Origin: Acidimicrobiia bacterium
GTDB taxonomy: Bacteria > Actinomycetota > Acidimicrobiia > Spongiisociales > ZC4RG35
NCBI GenBank assembly: GCA_035281305.1
Contig: DATEEG010000351.1
Coordinates: 1-26,076, forward strand
DNA length: 26,076 bases
Direction: 5' to 3'
The notes under the pieces are model-generated. The model had not been told where the DNA came from. It ran no database searches and worked only from the letters and a program-made list of their open reading frames with translations. Position numbers and translations under genes: made by a program. Positions 14,781-24,305 of this stretch are shown in pieces (position 1 is the stretch's first letter; the number at the start of each line of letters is the position of its first letter).

Positions 14781-16739
14781 ATGGTACGAGCCGGGCCTGA
14801 CCGAAAACCACCACCATTTCCTACAATTGCCCCATTCGGGGGTTCCAAAATATCGACTGACGCGCCTGTTCAACGACGCCGCTCAACCGCGCCATGGCTA
14901 GTGGCGCTGGGTTTGATCGCGCTCATACTGACCCTGTACGGAGTGTCCCGGGCCGCTTCGGCGGGTCAGATCATCGGCTCGGTCCAGGCCGAAGGGATCG
15001 AACTGGGAGGCTTGGGCCCCGTGGAGGCGCGGACCGCCCTGGTCGACCTGGAGGCCAACCTGGCCGAGACGCCGACCACTTTCACGGTGGGCGGGGAAGA
15101 GGTTCAGATCACCCCGGCCTCGATCGGGCTCGATCTCGACGAGGAGACGATGGTGAGCAGGGCGATGGAAGTTGGCCGGGAGGGCAACTTCCTCGGCCAG
15201 TTCTGGTGGTGGCTCACCCATCTCTTCTCGACTCACGAGCTGGCGGTCAGTGCCGTCGTCGATCGGGACGCGGTTGAGGCTGTGATGTCGATCTGGGATA
15301 GCGACGTCATCGGGAACCCACCATTTCCGGGTGGAGTTGGAATCAACGGGACGGTCGCCGAGGCCCTGTACCCGCGGTCCGGTCAGCAAGTCGATCGGAC
15401 GGTGGCACCCCATCTGATTCTCGGGCAGGCGGCGACCTTCGACCGCACCGTGACGGAACTGCCGGTGGTCACCGCCGAACCCACCTTGACCAACCGGGAC
15501 ATCGACCAGGCGGTGCTCCGCGCCCAGCTCATCCTGGCAGGACCGGTCACCCTCAGAAATGCCGAGCGCGAGCGCGAGGTCACCTTCAGCGTCAGCCAGA
15601 TCGCCTCAGGACTGCGATCCGAGGTCTCTTCCGATCGCATCGACTTCTCCATCGACCCCGAGGTGATCAACGAAATCCTGGCGCCTTTGAAGGCCGGGCT
15701 GGAAGATGCCCCGGTCGACGCGCAACTGGTGATCGAAGGCGACCTGGCCGTCGTCGTACCCGGACGGCGCGGCACCGTCATCAACCCGGAAACCACCGCC
15801 GAACATCTCCTCCTTGCCGCCAACTCCGCCGCCCGGGTGGGGACCTTCCCCATCGACGAGTCGGCCGAACCGGAGGTAACCACGGAGGAGCTGGAGGCTC
15901 TGGGCATCCGGCACAAGGTGAGTCAGTTCACGACCTACCACCCGTGTTGTCAGAACCGCGTCACCAACATCCACCTCATCGCCGACAAGATCAACAACAT
16001 CATGGTGCTGCCCGGTGAGACCTTCTCGCTCAACGAATCAGCCGGCGAGCGGACCACCGAGGACGGATATCTGGAAGACGGAACCATCATCGGGGGGGAG
16101 ATCACCGACACGGTCGGCGGCGGTGTCAGTCAGTTTGCCACCACGTTCTACAACGCCGTCTTCTGGGGCGGCTTCCAGGACGTCGTCCACAAGCCGCACA
16201 GCTTCTACTTCTCTCGCTATCCCCTGGGCATCGAGGCAACGATCTCCTGGCCGCTGCCGGATCTTCAATTCCGCAACGACTCCGACAGCGCCATCCTCAT
16301 TCGCACGTCGTACTCCAACTCATCGATCACCGTCGCATTGTTCGGCGACAACGACGGACGGATCGTGGCGGGCGAACAGAGCGAAGGCCGGCTGCGGATG
16401 AGTGTCGTGGCCGAGGGGGGTCCCCAGGCGCGGGTGGTGACCGCCAACGTGTCCGACCCTTACAACCATCGGGACCCGCCACCGGCCCGCTATGTGGGCG
16501 ATGAAACCATCATGCCGCCCGAGCAGATCGTCGATCAGGCGCCGGCCCAGGGCTACATGGTGAACGTGTCGCGGACCATCACGATCAACGGAGTCTCCAC
16601 CACGACGGAATGGACGGTCGTCTACTCCCCACGACAGGAGATCATCAAGCTTCACCCGTGTCAGATCGAGGGTTCGGGAGTGTCCTGTCCCACTACGACC
16701 ACCTTGCCGGTGGAGACCACCACGACGCTGGCTCCCTGA
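14781..16739 (+). CDS. VanW family protein with N-terminal anchor and peptidoglycan-binding-like repeats (start uncertain)
   Basis: NRVTNI, PGETFSLN, GGGVSQFATTFYNA, HSFYFSRYPLGIEATI, DLQFRND; N-terminal TM segment; Thr-rich tail. Confidence 0.85.
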   Translation: MVRAGPDRKPPPFPTIAPFGGSKISTDAPVQRRRSTAPWLVALGLIALILTLYGVSRAASAGQIIGSVQAEGIELGGLGPVEARTALVDLEANLAETPTTFTVGGEEVQITPASIGLDLDEETMVSRAMEVGREGNFLGQFWWWLTHLFSTHELAVSAVVDRDAVEAVMSIWDSDVIGNPPFPGGVGINGTVAEALYPRSGQQVDRTVAPHLILGQAATFDRTVTELPVVTAEPTLTNRDIDQAVLRAQLILAGPVTLRNAEREREVTFSVSQIASGLRSEVSSDRIDFSIDPEVINEILAPLKAGLEDAPVDAQLVIEGDLAVVVPGRRGTVINPETTAEHLLLAANSAARVGTFPIDESAEPEVTTEELEALGIRHKVSQFTTYHPCCQNRVTNIHLIADKINNIMVLPGETFSLNESAGERTTEDGYLEDGTIIGGEITDTVGGGVSQFATTFYNAVFWGGFQDVVHKPHSFYFSRYPLGIEATISWPLPDLQFRNDSDSAILIRTSYSNSSITVALFGDNDGRIVAGEQSEGRLRMSVVAEGGPQARVVTANVSDPYNHRDPPPARYVGDETIMPPEQIVDQAPAQGYMVNVSRTITINGVSTTTEWTVVYSPRQEIIKLHPCQIEGSGVSCPTTTTLPVETTTTLAP

Positions 16740-16740
16740 A

Positions 16741-17094
16741 CTATTCCGACGAGAGCACCCGGGTGTCGACGGACGCCTCGGCGTCGGAGGGCGTCTCGGC
16801 CCCGTAGAAGAGAAAGAAGTTCGCCACGACCTCGTTGGTCGAAGCGATCGACGCCTCGTCCCAGCCCCCCGGGCGCCGGATCGAGAGGACATTCGACATC
16901 ACATACACGTGGTCGATGGAAGGATCCGACTGGAACAGTCGCAATGCCAGTTGGGCGGGGAAGATGGCGTCCACCGTGATGGAGTCGGCGGGGGTGTAGG
17001 TCTCCCCGTCCTGGCCGGTCAGCGAGCGGTCGGTGGAGACCAACAGCATTTCGGCGACGACGTTGGCATCGCGGATTTGGATGGTCTGACCCAT
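16741..17094 (-). CDS. Small protein resembling the Nfu/NifU N-terminal domain (117 aa)
   Basis: PAQLALRLF..IDHVYVMSNVLSI..W..V..F pattern; -10 TAGGAT at 17109-17104. Confidence 0.6.
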   Translation of the reverse strand: MGQTIQIRDANVVAEMLLVSTDRSLTGQDGETYTPADSITVDAIFPAQLALRLFQSDPSIDHVYVMSNVLSIRRPGGWDEASIASTNEVVANFFLFYGAETPSDAEASVDTRVLSSE

Positions 17095-17125
17095 GGGGCG
17101 CAGATCCTAGCCGGGCCTTTTCTAA

Positions 17126-17179
17126 CCCTTCTTGTGACGCTGGACCACCGAATGGGTAGGCGAACCGACACGAGAAGGG
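17126..17179 (-). terminator. Possible hairpin downstream of pyk
   Basis: CCCTTCTTGTG (17126-17136) and CACGAGAAGGG (17169-17179): 11-bp stem with one mismatch, 11 nt after the pyk stop; no good U-tract. Confidence 0.35.
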
Positions 17180-17190
17180 GACTGGCTTCT

Positions 17191-18657
17191 TCAGCCTCCT
17201 CCTTCGGGTGAGGTGCGGGCGTCCCGTTGCGATTGGACGCCGCGGTCGCGCTCTCCGATCATGTGCACCTTGAGAAGGTTGGTTGAGGCTTGTCGATTGG
17301 GGGGAATCCCGGCGACCATGACAACCGTCTCTCCGCGGCTGCACATGCCCTCTTTCTCCAAGAACTTCTCGGCGGCCGCGATCATCAGATCCGTGTAGTC
17401 CCGACGTTCGAAGGGATACGCGGTCACGCCGCGGTAGAGCGACATCACCCGCCGGGTCGAAGGGACCGGGGTGAAAGCGACAATGCGGGCGGCCGGACGA
17501 TATTTGGAAAGCAGGCGAGCAGTCGACCCGGACTCGGTGAAGGCGACGATCGTCTCGATGCCGAGGTTGGCGGCGGCATCGACGGCTGCCTGGGCCACCG
17601 CCGAAGCAACCGCGCTGACGTGGGTCAGATAGGTGTGCTTGACGTTGGCGGTCGAGGTCTCGGATTCAACCGAGGCGCAGATGCGGGCCATGGTCGAGAC
17701 CGACTCGATGGGATAGAGACCGACCGCCGTTTCGGCTGACAGCATGACGGCGTCGGTTCCGGCCAGCACGGCATTGGCCACGTCGGTGACCTCGGCCCTG
17801 GTCGGGCGGGGTGAATGTGTCATCGACTCGAGCATCTCGGTGGCGGTGATGGACACCACGCCGACTTCGTTGGTCCGGCGGAGGATGTTGGCCTGAACGA
17901 GTGGGATCGTCTCCAGCGGGAGTTGCACGCCGAGGTCGCCGCGGGCGACCATCACCCCGGCTGCCTCCGAGAGGATGTCGTCGAGATTGGCGTAGGCCGC
18001 GGCCAGTTCGATCTTGGCGATCAGCGGGACGTCTCCGGCCAGTTCACGGACCCGGCGCAGGTCTTCCCCGCTGCGCACGAACGAGGCCGCAATCCAATCC
18101 ACTCCCAGTTCCCTTCCGAACGCGAGATCGGCTTCGTCTTTCTCGGTGATCGTCGGTACGCGGAGGTCGGTGTGGGGAAACGCCACCCCCTTGCCGTCGC
18201 CAAGGATGCCCCCGATCAAGACGCGGGCCCTGAGGTGGTCGGCTTCCCGTCCGATCACGACGAGGCGAATCAATCCGTCGGCGAGAATGATCTCCTCTCC
18301 CACTTCGACGTCCTCGAGCAGATGGGGATAGTCGACGTAGACAAGATCGAGTTCGGTCGACAGCATTCGGCCCGGCGCCATCCGCAGAATTTCGTTCCCT
18401 TCGAGCTCGATGAAGCCACCCGGGAACGATCCGACCCGCAGCTTGGGGCCCTGGATGTCCTGGAGGATCGCAACGTTCTTTCCGGTGTCCTCGGCCGTCT
18501 GGCGGACCCACTCGGCGAACTGCCGGTGATAGCTGTGGTCTCCATGGGAGAAGTTGAGCCGGGCCACATCCATGCCGGCCGTTACCAGGGCCCGAACCTT
18601 CTCGGGACTGGCCACCGCCGGCCCCAGGGTCGCCACGATCTTCGTGTACCGCTCCAT
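17191..18657 (-). CDS. pyk: Pyruvate kinase, K+-independent type (488 aa)
   Basis: [26 protein letters not shown] (Lys at the E117-equivalent position), [25 protein letters not shown]. Start moved to ATG 18657. Confidence 0.97.
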   Translation of the reverse strand: MERYTKIVATLGPAVASPEKVRALVTAGMDVARLNFSHGDHSYHRQFAEWVRQTAEDTGKNVAILQDIQGPKLRVGSFPGGFIELEGNEILRMAPGRMLSTELDLVYVDYPHLLEDVEVGEEIILADGLIRLVVIGREADHLRARVLIGGILGDGKGVAFPHTDLRVPTITEKDEADLAFGRELGVDWIAASFVRSGEDLRRVRELAGDVPLIAKIELAAAYANLDDILSEAAGVMVARGDLGVQLPLETIPLVQANILRRTNEVGVVSITATEMLESMTHSPRPTRAEVTDVANAVLAGTDAVMLSAETAVGLYPIESVSTMARICASVESETSTANVKHTYLTHVSAVASAVAQAAVDAAANLGIETIVAFTESGSTARLLSKYRPAARIVAFTPVPSTRRVMSLYRGVTAYPFERRDYTDLMIAAAEKFLEKEGMCSRGETVVMVAGIPPNRQASTNLLKVHMIGERDRGVQSQRDARTSPEGGG

Positions 18658-18696
18658 CGGGATCGGACAGTAGCGATGCCCCATACACTTTCTCCG

Positions 18697-19341
18697 GTGA
18701 ACCACCTCGTCGAGCTCCACGAAGTCGCCGTGGCAGTCGATCTGGTGCCGATCATCTCGGCGGTGTCGCTTCATCTCGACCCGGGCGAGTGCGTTGGCAT
18801 CCAGGGACCGAACGGAGCCGGCAAGACCACGCTCCTTCGAGTGATTTCGACTTTGCTGGCGCCGACCGGGGGACGGGGCCGGGTGCTCGGGGTGGAGCTC
18901 GGTTCGAGCGACGTCCCCTCGGTGCGGCCCCAGATCGGGCTGGCGGGCCACGTCCCCGCCCTGGCCGGGCCGCTCACCCTGATCGAGAACCTCATGGTGG
19001 TGGCCCGCCTCACCAATCGCACGAAAGGGGATGCCGCCGACGCCCTCGCCCGGGTTGGTCTGGCCGGAGCCGCCGGCCGGGCGGCCGATCGGTGTTCACA
19101 CGGAATGCGCCGGAGAGCCGACCTGGCCCGTCTGCTGCTGGTTCCCCCGCGATTGCTCCTGCTCGACGAGCCTCAGGCCGGTCTCGACGCCTCGGCCCAG
19201 CCTCTGGTCGAGGAGTTGATCCGACAGGTCAGGGCGGGCGGCGGCGGTGCCATCCTGGTCTCACACGACCCCCAGGGTTTGTCCGGCCTGGCCGACCGGA
19301 TGTTGACACTGCGGTCGGGTGTGCTGGAGGGAGCCCCGTGA
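18697..19341 (+). CDS. ccmA: Heme exporter ATP-binding protein CcmA (214 aa)
   Basis: GPNGAGKTT, LTLIENL, SHGMRRR, LLLDEP, SHD. First gene of the ccm operon; GTG lies 7 nt after TACACT. Confidence 0.88.
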   Translation: MNHLVELHEVAVAVDLVPIISAVSLHLDPGECVGIQGPNGAGKTTLLRVISTLLAPTGGRGRVLGVELGSSDVPSVRPQIGLAGHVPALAGPLTLIENLMVVARLTNRTKGDAADALARVGLAGAAGRAADRCSHGMRRRADLARLLLVPPRLLLLDEPQAGLDASAQPLVEELIRQVRAGGGGAILVSHDPQGLSGLADRMLTLRSGVLEGAP

Positions 19342-20009
19342 CGTTCTGGGGACAGGTCCGGGCGATCACGTCCTACGAATTGCTGCTCGAGCGGCGGTCG
19401 GGAGAAACGTGGTCGATCATCACGCCTTTCGCCGCCGCCGCTCTGATGACGATCCCCCTGGCGATTGGCATCAATCTCCCGCTGATCTCATCGATCGGCT
19501 GGCCGATCTTCTGGAGCATCGCCCTGTTGTTCGGAATGCAGGTCGCCTGGCGTCATGTATCGAACGAACGAAACGCAATGCGAGACACGATCATTTTGCT
19601 CGGGGTGGACCCGGCCGCCCGATTCACGGGCCGGGCCGTCGCCAGCGGGGTCCTCCTGGCGGGATTCATGGTGGTGATGGGCGCCCTCACAGTATTCCTG
19701 TACACACCGCACCACCTCAACCGCTGGCCCTGGCTGATCGTGATCGGGCTCCTCTTCGCAGCAGGGTTGGCGCAGTTGGCGACGCTGGCATCGGATCTCA
19801 CTCTGGGACTCGGAGCCCGATCCTCGCTGGCGCCTTTGCTGGTGGCCCCGCTGGCGCTGCCGCTTCTCATCGGAGCCGCCCAGGCGACGGATTCCCTGCT
19901 GCGGTCCTCCGGTATCCTCCCCTGGTTGCTGATGCTGGTCCTGGCCAACCTGTTGTTGGCCATCGTCGGGGTATTGACCGCTCGCCCTCTCCAGGAGGCC
20001 GCCACATGA
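19338..20009 (+). CDS. ccmB: Heme exporter permease CcmB (223 aa)
   Basis: Multi-TM protein, LAPLLVAPLALPLLI; GTGA overlap with ccmA; operon position. Confidence 0.85.
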   Translation: MTFWGQVRAITSYELLLERRSGETWSIITPFAAAALMTIPLAIGINLPLISSIGWPIFWSIALLFGMQVAWRHVSNERNAMRDTIILLGVDPAARFTGRAVASGVLLAGFMVVMGALTVFLYTPHHLNRWPWLIVIGLLFAAGLAQLATLASDLTLGLGARSSLAPLLVAPLALPLLIGAAQATDSLLRSSGILPWLLMLVLANLLLAIVGVLTARPLQEAAT

Positions 20010-20749
20010 CCCAAAGTGCCCAAATGCGGGTGAAGTTGCTGATGGCCCTGGCCGGACTCGTCTCCGCCCTCGGGATCTGGCTGGCCTATTCCACGCCACC
20101 AGACGCCCTGCAGCGGACTTATGCCCGCATCATCAACATCCACGCTCCCGCCATGTGGGTCGCGTTTCTCGCTTTTGGTGTGACCGCTCTGGGATCGATC
20201 GTCTGGCGCTTCACCCGCAATCGCCGCTGGGATCACCTGGCCGGCGCCTCGGCCGAGATCGGGGTTCTCTTCACGGTCATCGGCCTGGTAACGGGCATGA
20301 TCTGGGGCAAGCCCGTGTGGGGGGTCTACTTCGATTGGGCCGATCCCCGGATGGCATCGACCGCGGTATTACTGCTCGTCTATGTCGGCTACCTGGCCTT
20401 GCGTCGGGCCACGATCGATCCCGAGCAGAGAGCATCCCGCTCGTCGATCCTCGGCATCGTCGCCGTGATTCAGGTGCCGCTCGTCTACTTCTCGGTGAAT
20501 CTGATGCGGAGTCTCCATCAAACCCAGTCGATCCGACCCGGTGGCTCGACGATGCATCCGACCATGCTGCGGGCACTGCTCTTCAATCTCGGCGCCTTCA
20601 CCCTCGTCTATGTCGCCTTGATGTCGGCGAGGATGGTCGTCGCCCGCCTCGAAGAGGCTCGGGCCGCACGGGAGGTCTCGGCGGCGGGCAGCGCAGTGAT
20701 CCCGCCGACCCTCGGTGGACCCAGTCTGGGGGGAATCGGCGATGGGTGA
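20006..20749 (+). CDS. ccmC: Heme exporter protein CcmC (247 aa)
   Basis: IHAP, WGKPVWGVYFDWADPRM (WWD domain), SLHQ; ATGA overlap with ccmB. Confidence 0.93.
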   Translation: MTQSAQMRVKLLMALAGLVSALGIWLAYSTPPDALQRTYARIINIHAPAMWVAFLAFGVTALGSIVWRFTRNRRWDHLAGASAEIGVLFTVIGLVTGMIWGKPVWGVYFDWADPRMASTAVLLLVYVGYLALRRATIDPEQRASRSSILGIVAVIQVPLVYFSVNLMRSLHQTQSIRPGGSTMHPTMLRALLFNLGAFTLVYVALMSARMVVARLEEARAAREVSAAGSAVIPPTLGGPSLGGIGDG

Positions 20750-20867
20750 AGCAGCAGTCGTCAATGTCGCATACATCGTGACTTTCGGGCTCATCCTCTG
20801 GTACGCCACGCGGATGCACCTTCGACACCGCCGATTGACCCGCGAGTTGGATCAGACCCGGGACTGA
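20742..20867 (+). CDS. ccmD: CcmD-like small membrane protein (41 aa), absent from the ORF track
   Basis: MGEAAVVNVAYIVTFGLILWYATRMHLRHRRLTRELDQTRD: one TM helix and a basic tail; overlaps the ccmC stop and ends 3 nt before ccmE. Confidence 0.8.
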   Translation: MGEAAVVNVAYIVTFGLILWYATRMHLRHRRLTRELDQTRD

Positions 20868-20870
20868 CCC

Positions 20871-21269
20871 GTGCCATACCGAAAATTCGTGTGGCCGGCC
20901 ATGGCTGCTGTGGCGGCGGTTGTCGTGGCTCTGATCGTCATCAACCTCGGCGGCAGCCTCACTTACTACCTCACCCCCTCGGAGGCGGTGGATCGGCGTA
21001 CCGAGTTTCCGGACGGTGATCGCTTTCGCCTGGGAGGTCTGGTCGTGGTGGGATCTCTCGACGACCTCGGCGCCGTCAAAGTCTTCGACGTGACCGACGG
21101 GGCTGAGACCATCACCGTGAGATTGCAGGGAGTGGCGCCGCCGCTGTTTGCCGAAGACGTCGGCGTAGTCGTCGAAGGCTCCTGGTCCGGCGACGAATTC
21201 GCCGCCGACCTGGCCCTGGTCCATCACGACGAGAACTACCAGCCGCCGTCGACCGCCGCGCCGGGCTGA
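20871..21269 (+). CDS. ccmE: Heme chaperone CcmE (132 aa)
   Basis: YYLTPSE, RLGGLV, PPLF, VVVEG, HDENY (HxxxY heme-binding motif). Confidence 0.95.
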   Translation: MPYRKFVWPAMAAVAAVVVALIVINLGGSLTYYLTPSEAVDRRTEFPDGDRFRLGGLVVVGSLDDLGAVKVFDVTDGAETITVRLQGVAPPLFAEDVGVVVEGSWSGDEFAADLALVHHDENYQPPSTAAPG

Positions 21270-23284
21270 TGTTCGCACTTCTCGGAGCGATCGGGATCCT
21301 CACCGGAGTGGCCGGGTCCATGTGGCTGACCTTCGCCGCGATACGGAACGCCCGCAGCGACCTGCGCGACCCCGAGCGGCTCACCCGGCCGGTGTGGACC
21401 CTGCTCGGCGGAGCCGTCCTCGCCATGCTCGCCCTCGAGGCGGCACTGATCTTCAACGACTTCAGCCTCGAATACGTCGCCAACCATCACGCCCGGGTCA
21501 CCCCGTTCCCCTTCAATGTCGCCACGGCCTGGGCCGCCCTGGAAGGATCGATCGTCCTGTGGGGCCTGGTGCTGGCCATGTTCACCTGGTTCACGTGGAG
21601 GTCCTACCGCCGGGCGCCCGACCGCCTCGGGGCCGGCGCCCTGGCCGTGATGGGCATCGTCGGGACCTTCTTCTTCGGATTGCAGCTGTCGGTGGCCAAC
21701 CCGTTCCAGGTTTGCATCGAGGCTGTTGCCAACGGCTGCCTCAGTTCGAGCCCATTGCCCTGGATGGCGGCCCAGGCCCCGCCCGACGGGCCCGGTCCCA
21801 ATCCCCTCCTGCAGAACCACATCCTCATGGCCATCCATCCACCGATGCTCTACCTCGGCTACGTCGGTCTCACGGTGCCCTTCGCGTATGCGATCTCGGC
21901 CCTCGCGCTAGGTCTCCCCGGGGTTGAGTGGCTGCGGCGGAGCCGTCGCTCGACCCTGGTGGCATGGACCTTCCTCACCCTCGGCATCACCCTCGGAGGA
22001 TGGTGGGCGTACGAGGTGCTTTCGTGGGGTGGCTACTGGGCGTGGGACCCGGTCGAGAACGCCTCGTTCATGCCGTGGCTGGTGGCGACGGCGTTCCTTC
22101 ACTCGGCACTCGTTCAGGTGAGGCGCGGCGCGTTGCAGGCGTGGAACTTCGTTCTCGTGATCACCGCGTTCTCCCTGACGATCCTCGGTACCTTCCTGAC
22201 CCGTTCAGGAACAGTGGCCTCGGTCCACTCCTTCACGCAGTCGGCCATCGGCCCGGTCCTGCTCGGCTTCCTCTTCATCGTCCTCGTGGGCTCGTTCGGG
22301 CTCTTCGCCGCCCGCTCCCACCTTGTCTCCGAGTCGCCGAGGCTCGACTCGCTCTTCAGCCGCGAAGGCAGCTTCCTGCTCAACAACCTCCTTCTTACGA
22401 TCTACGCCTTCATCGTCGTCACCGGAACCCTCTACCCGATCGTGGTCGAGGCCTTCAGCGGCGATCGGGTGTCGGTGGGCGAGCCCTTCTTCAACCGGCT
22501 GGCGGTCCCGGTCTCCTTTGGCCTTCTGCTGGCGATGGGAGTGGGGCCGCTGGTGCCGTGGAAGGACGCCGATCCCCGCGTGGTGGCGGGGCGTCTGCGA
22601 CTTCCGCTCCAGGTCGGCCTCCTGGCCGGAGCCGTGACGGTGATCACCACCAGCCGGATCGGTTATGTCGTCATCGCAGTTGTCCTCGGAGTGTTCGTCA
22701 TCACGTCTGCGATCGCCCTTCTCGTCGAACGGGCGGGCCGATCCGCCCGAGCCCGCGGTGGGAGCATCGGTCCGGAGATACGGCGGCAAGTGCGATCGGA
22801 CACCGGGTTTTGGGCCGGCCAACTTTCACACTCCGGGGTCGCCCTGGTAGCGATCGGAATGGCGCTGGCCGCCAACCTCGCGCTGCATGGCGAAGTTGCG
22901 ATGGCGCCCGGAGAAACGACCCGGTTTGCCGGTTACGAGTTGACGTATCGCTCGCCGTTCCTGACCACCGAACCCCACCGCCGGGTGCAGGGGGCGACGA
23001 TCGAGGTCTTCCGGGACGGTGAACTGGTGACGACGCTGCAGCCCCGGGCCAACTTCTTCGGCACCGACACGTCCGGCATCACAACCCCGGCGGTCCACTC
23101 CGGAATCGGCGGCGATCTCTACCTCACCCTGATCGATATCGACCCGACGGGGATTCTTCTCCGGCTCAACACCTCACCCGGGATCTGGCTGTTGTGGACC
23201 GGCGGTCTGGTCACAACCGCCGGCGGCATTTGGTCCCTGACCGCCCGCCGGCGCCAGCCCGCCGAGGTGGCGGTCGGTGTCTGA
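21269..23284 (+). CDS. ccmF: Holocytochrome c synthase CcmF (671 aa)
   Basis: WAALEGS, NPLLQN, IHPP, WGGYWAWDPVENASFMPWL, FLTRSG, SVHSF. Confidence 0.97.
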   Translation: MFALLGAIGILTGVAGSMWLTFAAIRNARSDLRDPERLTRPVWTLLGGAVLAMLALEAALIFNDFSLEYVANHHARVTPFPFNVATAWAALEGSIVLWGLVLAMFTWFTWRSYRRAPDRLGAGALAVMGIVGTFFFGLQLSVANPFQVCIEAVANGCLSSSPLPWMAAQAPPDGPGPNPLLQNHILMAIHPPMLYLGYVGLTVPFAYAISALALGLPGVEWLRRSRRSTLVAWTFLTLGITLGGWWAYEVLSWGGYWAWDPVENASFMPWLVATAFLHSALVQVRRGALQAWNFVLVITAFSLTILGTFLTRSGTVASVHSFTQSAIGPVLLGFLFIVLVGSFGLFAARSHLVSESPRLDSLFSREGSFLLNNLLLTIYAFIVVTGTLYPIVVEAFSGDRVSVGEPFFNRLAVPVSFGLLLAMGVGPLVPWKDADPRVVAGRLRLPLQVGLLAGAVTVITTSRIGYVVIAVVLGVFVITSAIALLVERAGRSARARGGSIGPEIRRQVRSDTGFWAGQLSHSGVALVAIGMALAANLALHGEVAMAPGETTRFAGYELTYRSPFLTTEPHRRVQGATIEVFRDGELVTTLQPRANFFGTDTSGITTPAVHSGIGGDLYLTLIDIDPTGILLRLNTSPGIWLLWTGGLVTTAGGIWSLTARRRQPAEVAVGV

Positions 23285-24305
23285 GACCGTCCGCAATCGC
23301 ATCGCCTGGATCTTCACTGCCGCCCTGGCAGCATTCGTCCTGGTTTTCACGCTGACTGCCCCCGATCCCGAAGAGGATCGGGCCCGTGCCCTCGGCTCGC
23401 TGATCCGATGCCCGGTCTGTCAGGGAGAGTCGATCGCCGACTCCCCGTCGCAGACCGCCCGGGACATGATGGACCTGGTTCAACTGCGAATCGACCAGGG
23501 CCTGTCCGACGAGCAGATTCTCGACGAGTTGCTCGCTTCCTATTCCGGCGCCTTGCTGCTCGACCCTCCGCTGGCGGGGGCCACCGTGTGGGTGTGGCTG
23601 GCACCGGTCGCTGCCCTGGCGGTCGGCTTGGTCCTGGTCGCCCGGCGGGTGAGGCCGGCCCCGGAAGCCTCGGCACGTTCCCGGCAGGAGAGACTCGCCA
23701 CGCCTCGCCCCGTGCGATCGAAGCGGAGGATTGCGACTGGGGCGGTAGTTCTGCTTCTCGCCGGGGCCGGAGCACTGGTGGCGGTCGGGCAGTTTCGCCA
23801 GGCCCGGGCCGACGACAACCTCTTATCGGGGATCGCCGGCGGTGAGGTTGATCCGGACTCGATCTCCAACGAGACCCTCGAGGCCGTGATCGCCGCCAAC
23901 CTCGACAATCCCGACATAGGCGGAATGCGGCTGGCGTTGGCGAACCGCTACTTCGAAGAGCGGAACTATCAGAAGGCGTTCCCTCACTATCAGGAAATAC
24001 TCGACGGCAACCCGACGCCGCTCCAGGCGGCCGCGGCTTACACCCGGCTGGGCTGGATGGTCTACGACGGCAACGGCGAAGTCGACCTCGGGCTTTCGTT
24101 GATCGACAACGCCCTCGAGATCGCCCCCGGCGATCCCTTCGCCCTCTATCTGAAGGGGCGGGTGCTGTGGTGCGGGCGGGATGACGCCGAGGGAGCAGCC
24201 GGGATCTTCACCGAGGTGCTGGCGTCGTCGGCTCTCGACGATGCCGTGCTGCAGCAAGTGGAGGACGATCTGGCGGCGGCGTCGGCCGGAGAGAGCTGTC
24301 AATGA
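23277..24305 (+). CDS. ccmH: CcmH (CxxC) fused to a CcmI/CycH-like TPR domain (342 aa)
   Basis: IRCPVCQGESIADS, LLDPP, two TM segments, then TPR-like helices. Confidence 0.9.
   Translation: MSETVRNRIAWIFTAALAAFVLVFTLTAPDPEEDRARALGSLIRCPVCQGESIADSPSQTARDMMDLVQLRIDQGLSDEQILDELLASYSGALLLDPPLAGATVWVWLAPVAALAVGLVLVARRVRPAPEASARSRQERLATPRPVRSKRRIATGAVVLLLAGAGALVAVGQFRQARADDNLLSGIAGGEVDPDSISNETLEAVIAANLDNPDIGGMRLALANRYFEERNYQKAFPHYQEILDGNPTPLQAAAAYTRLGWMVYDGNGEVDLGLSLIDNALEIAPGDPFALYLKGRVLWCGRDDAEGAAGIFTEVLASSALDDAVLQQVEDDLAAASAGESCQ

Noticed and set aside
14781-16739. VanW as evidence of vancomycin resistance
   Set aside because: No vanHAX/vanRS genes nearby; VanW-domain proteins are widespread outside resistance clusters.
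17815-18696. Long N-terminal extension of ccmA in the ORF track, antisense to pyk
   Set aside because: Antisense frame left open by pyk codon bias. CcmA homology starts near 18697. The same applies to track extensions of ccmB, ccmC, pyk, marR, pirin and the 12513 ORF.
23277-24305. CcmH-TPR fusion as a novelty
   Set aside because: CcmH/CcmI-type fusions are established (e.g. E. coli CcmH).
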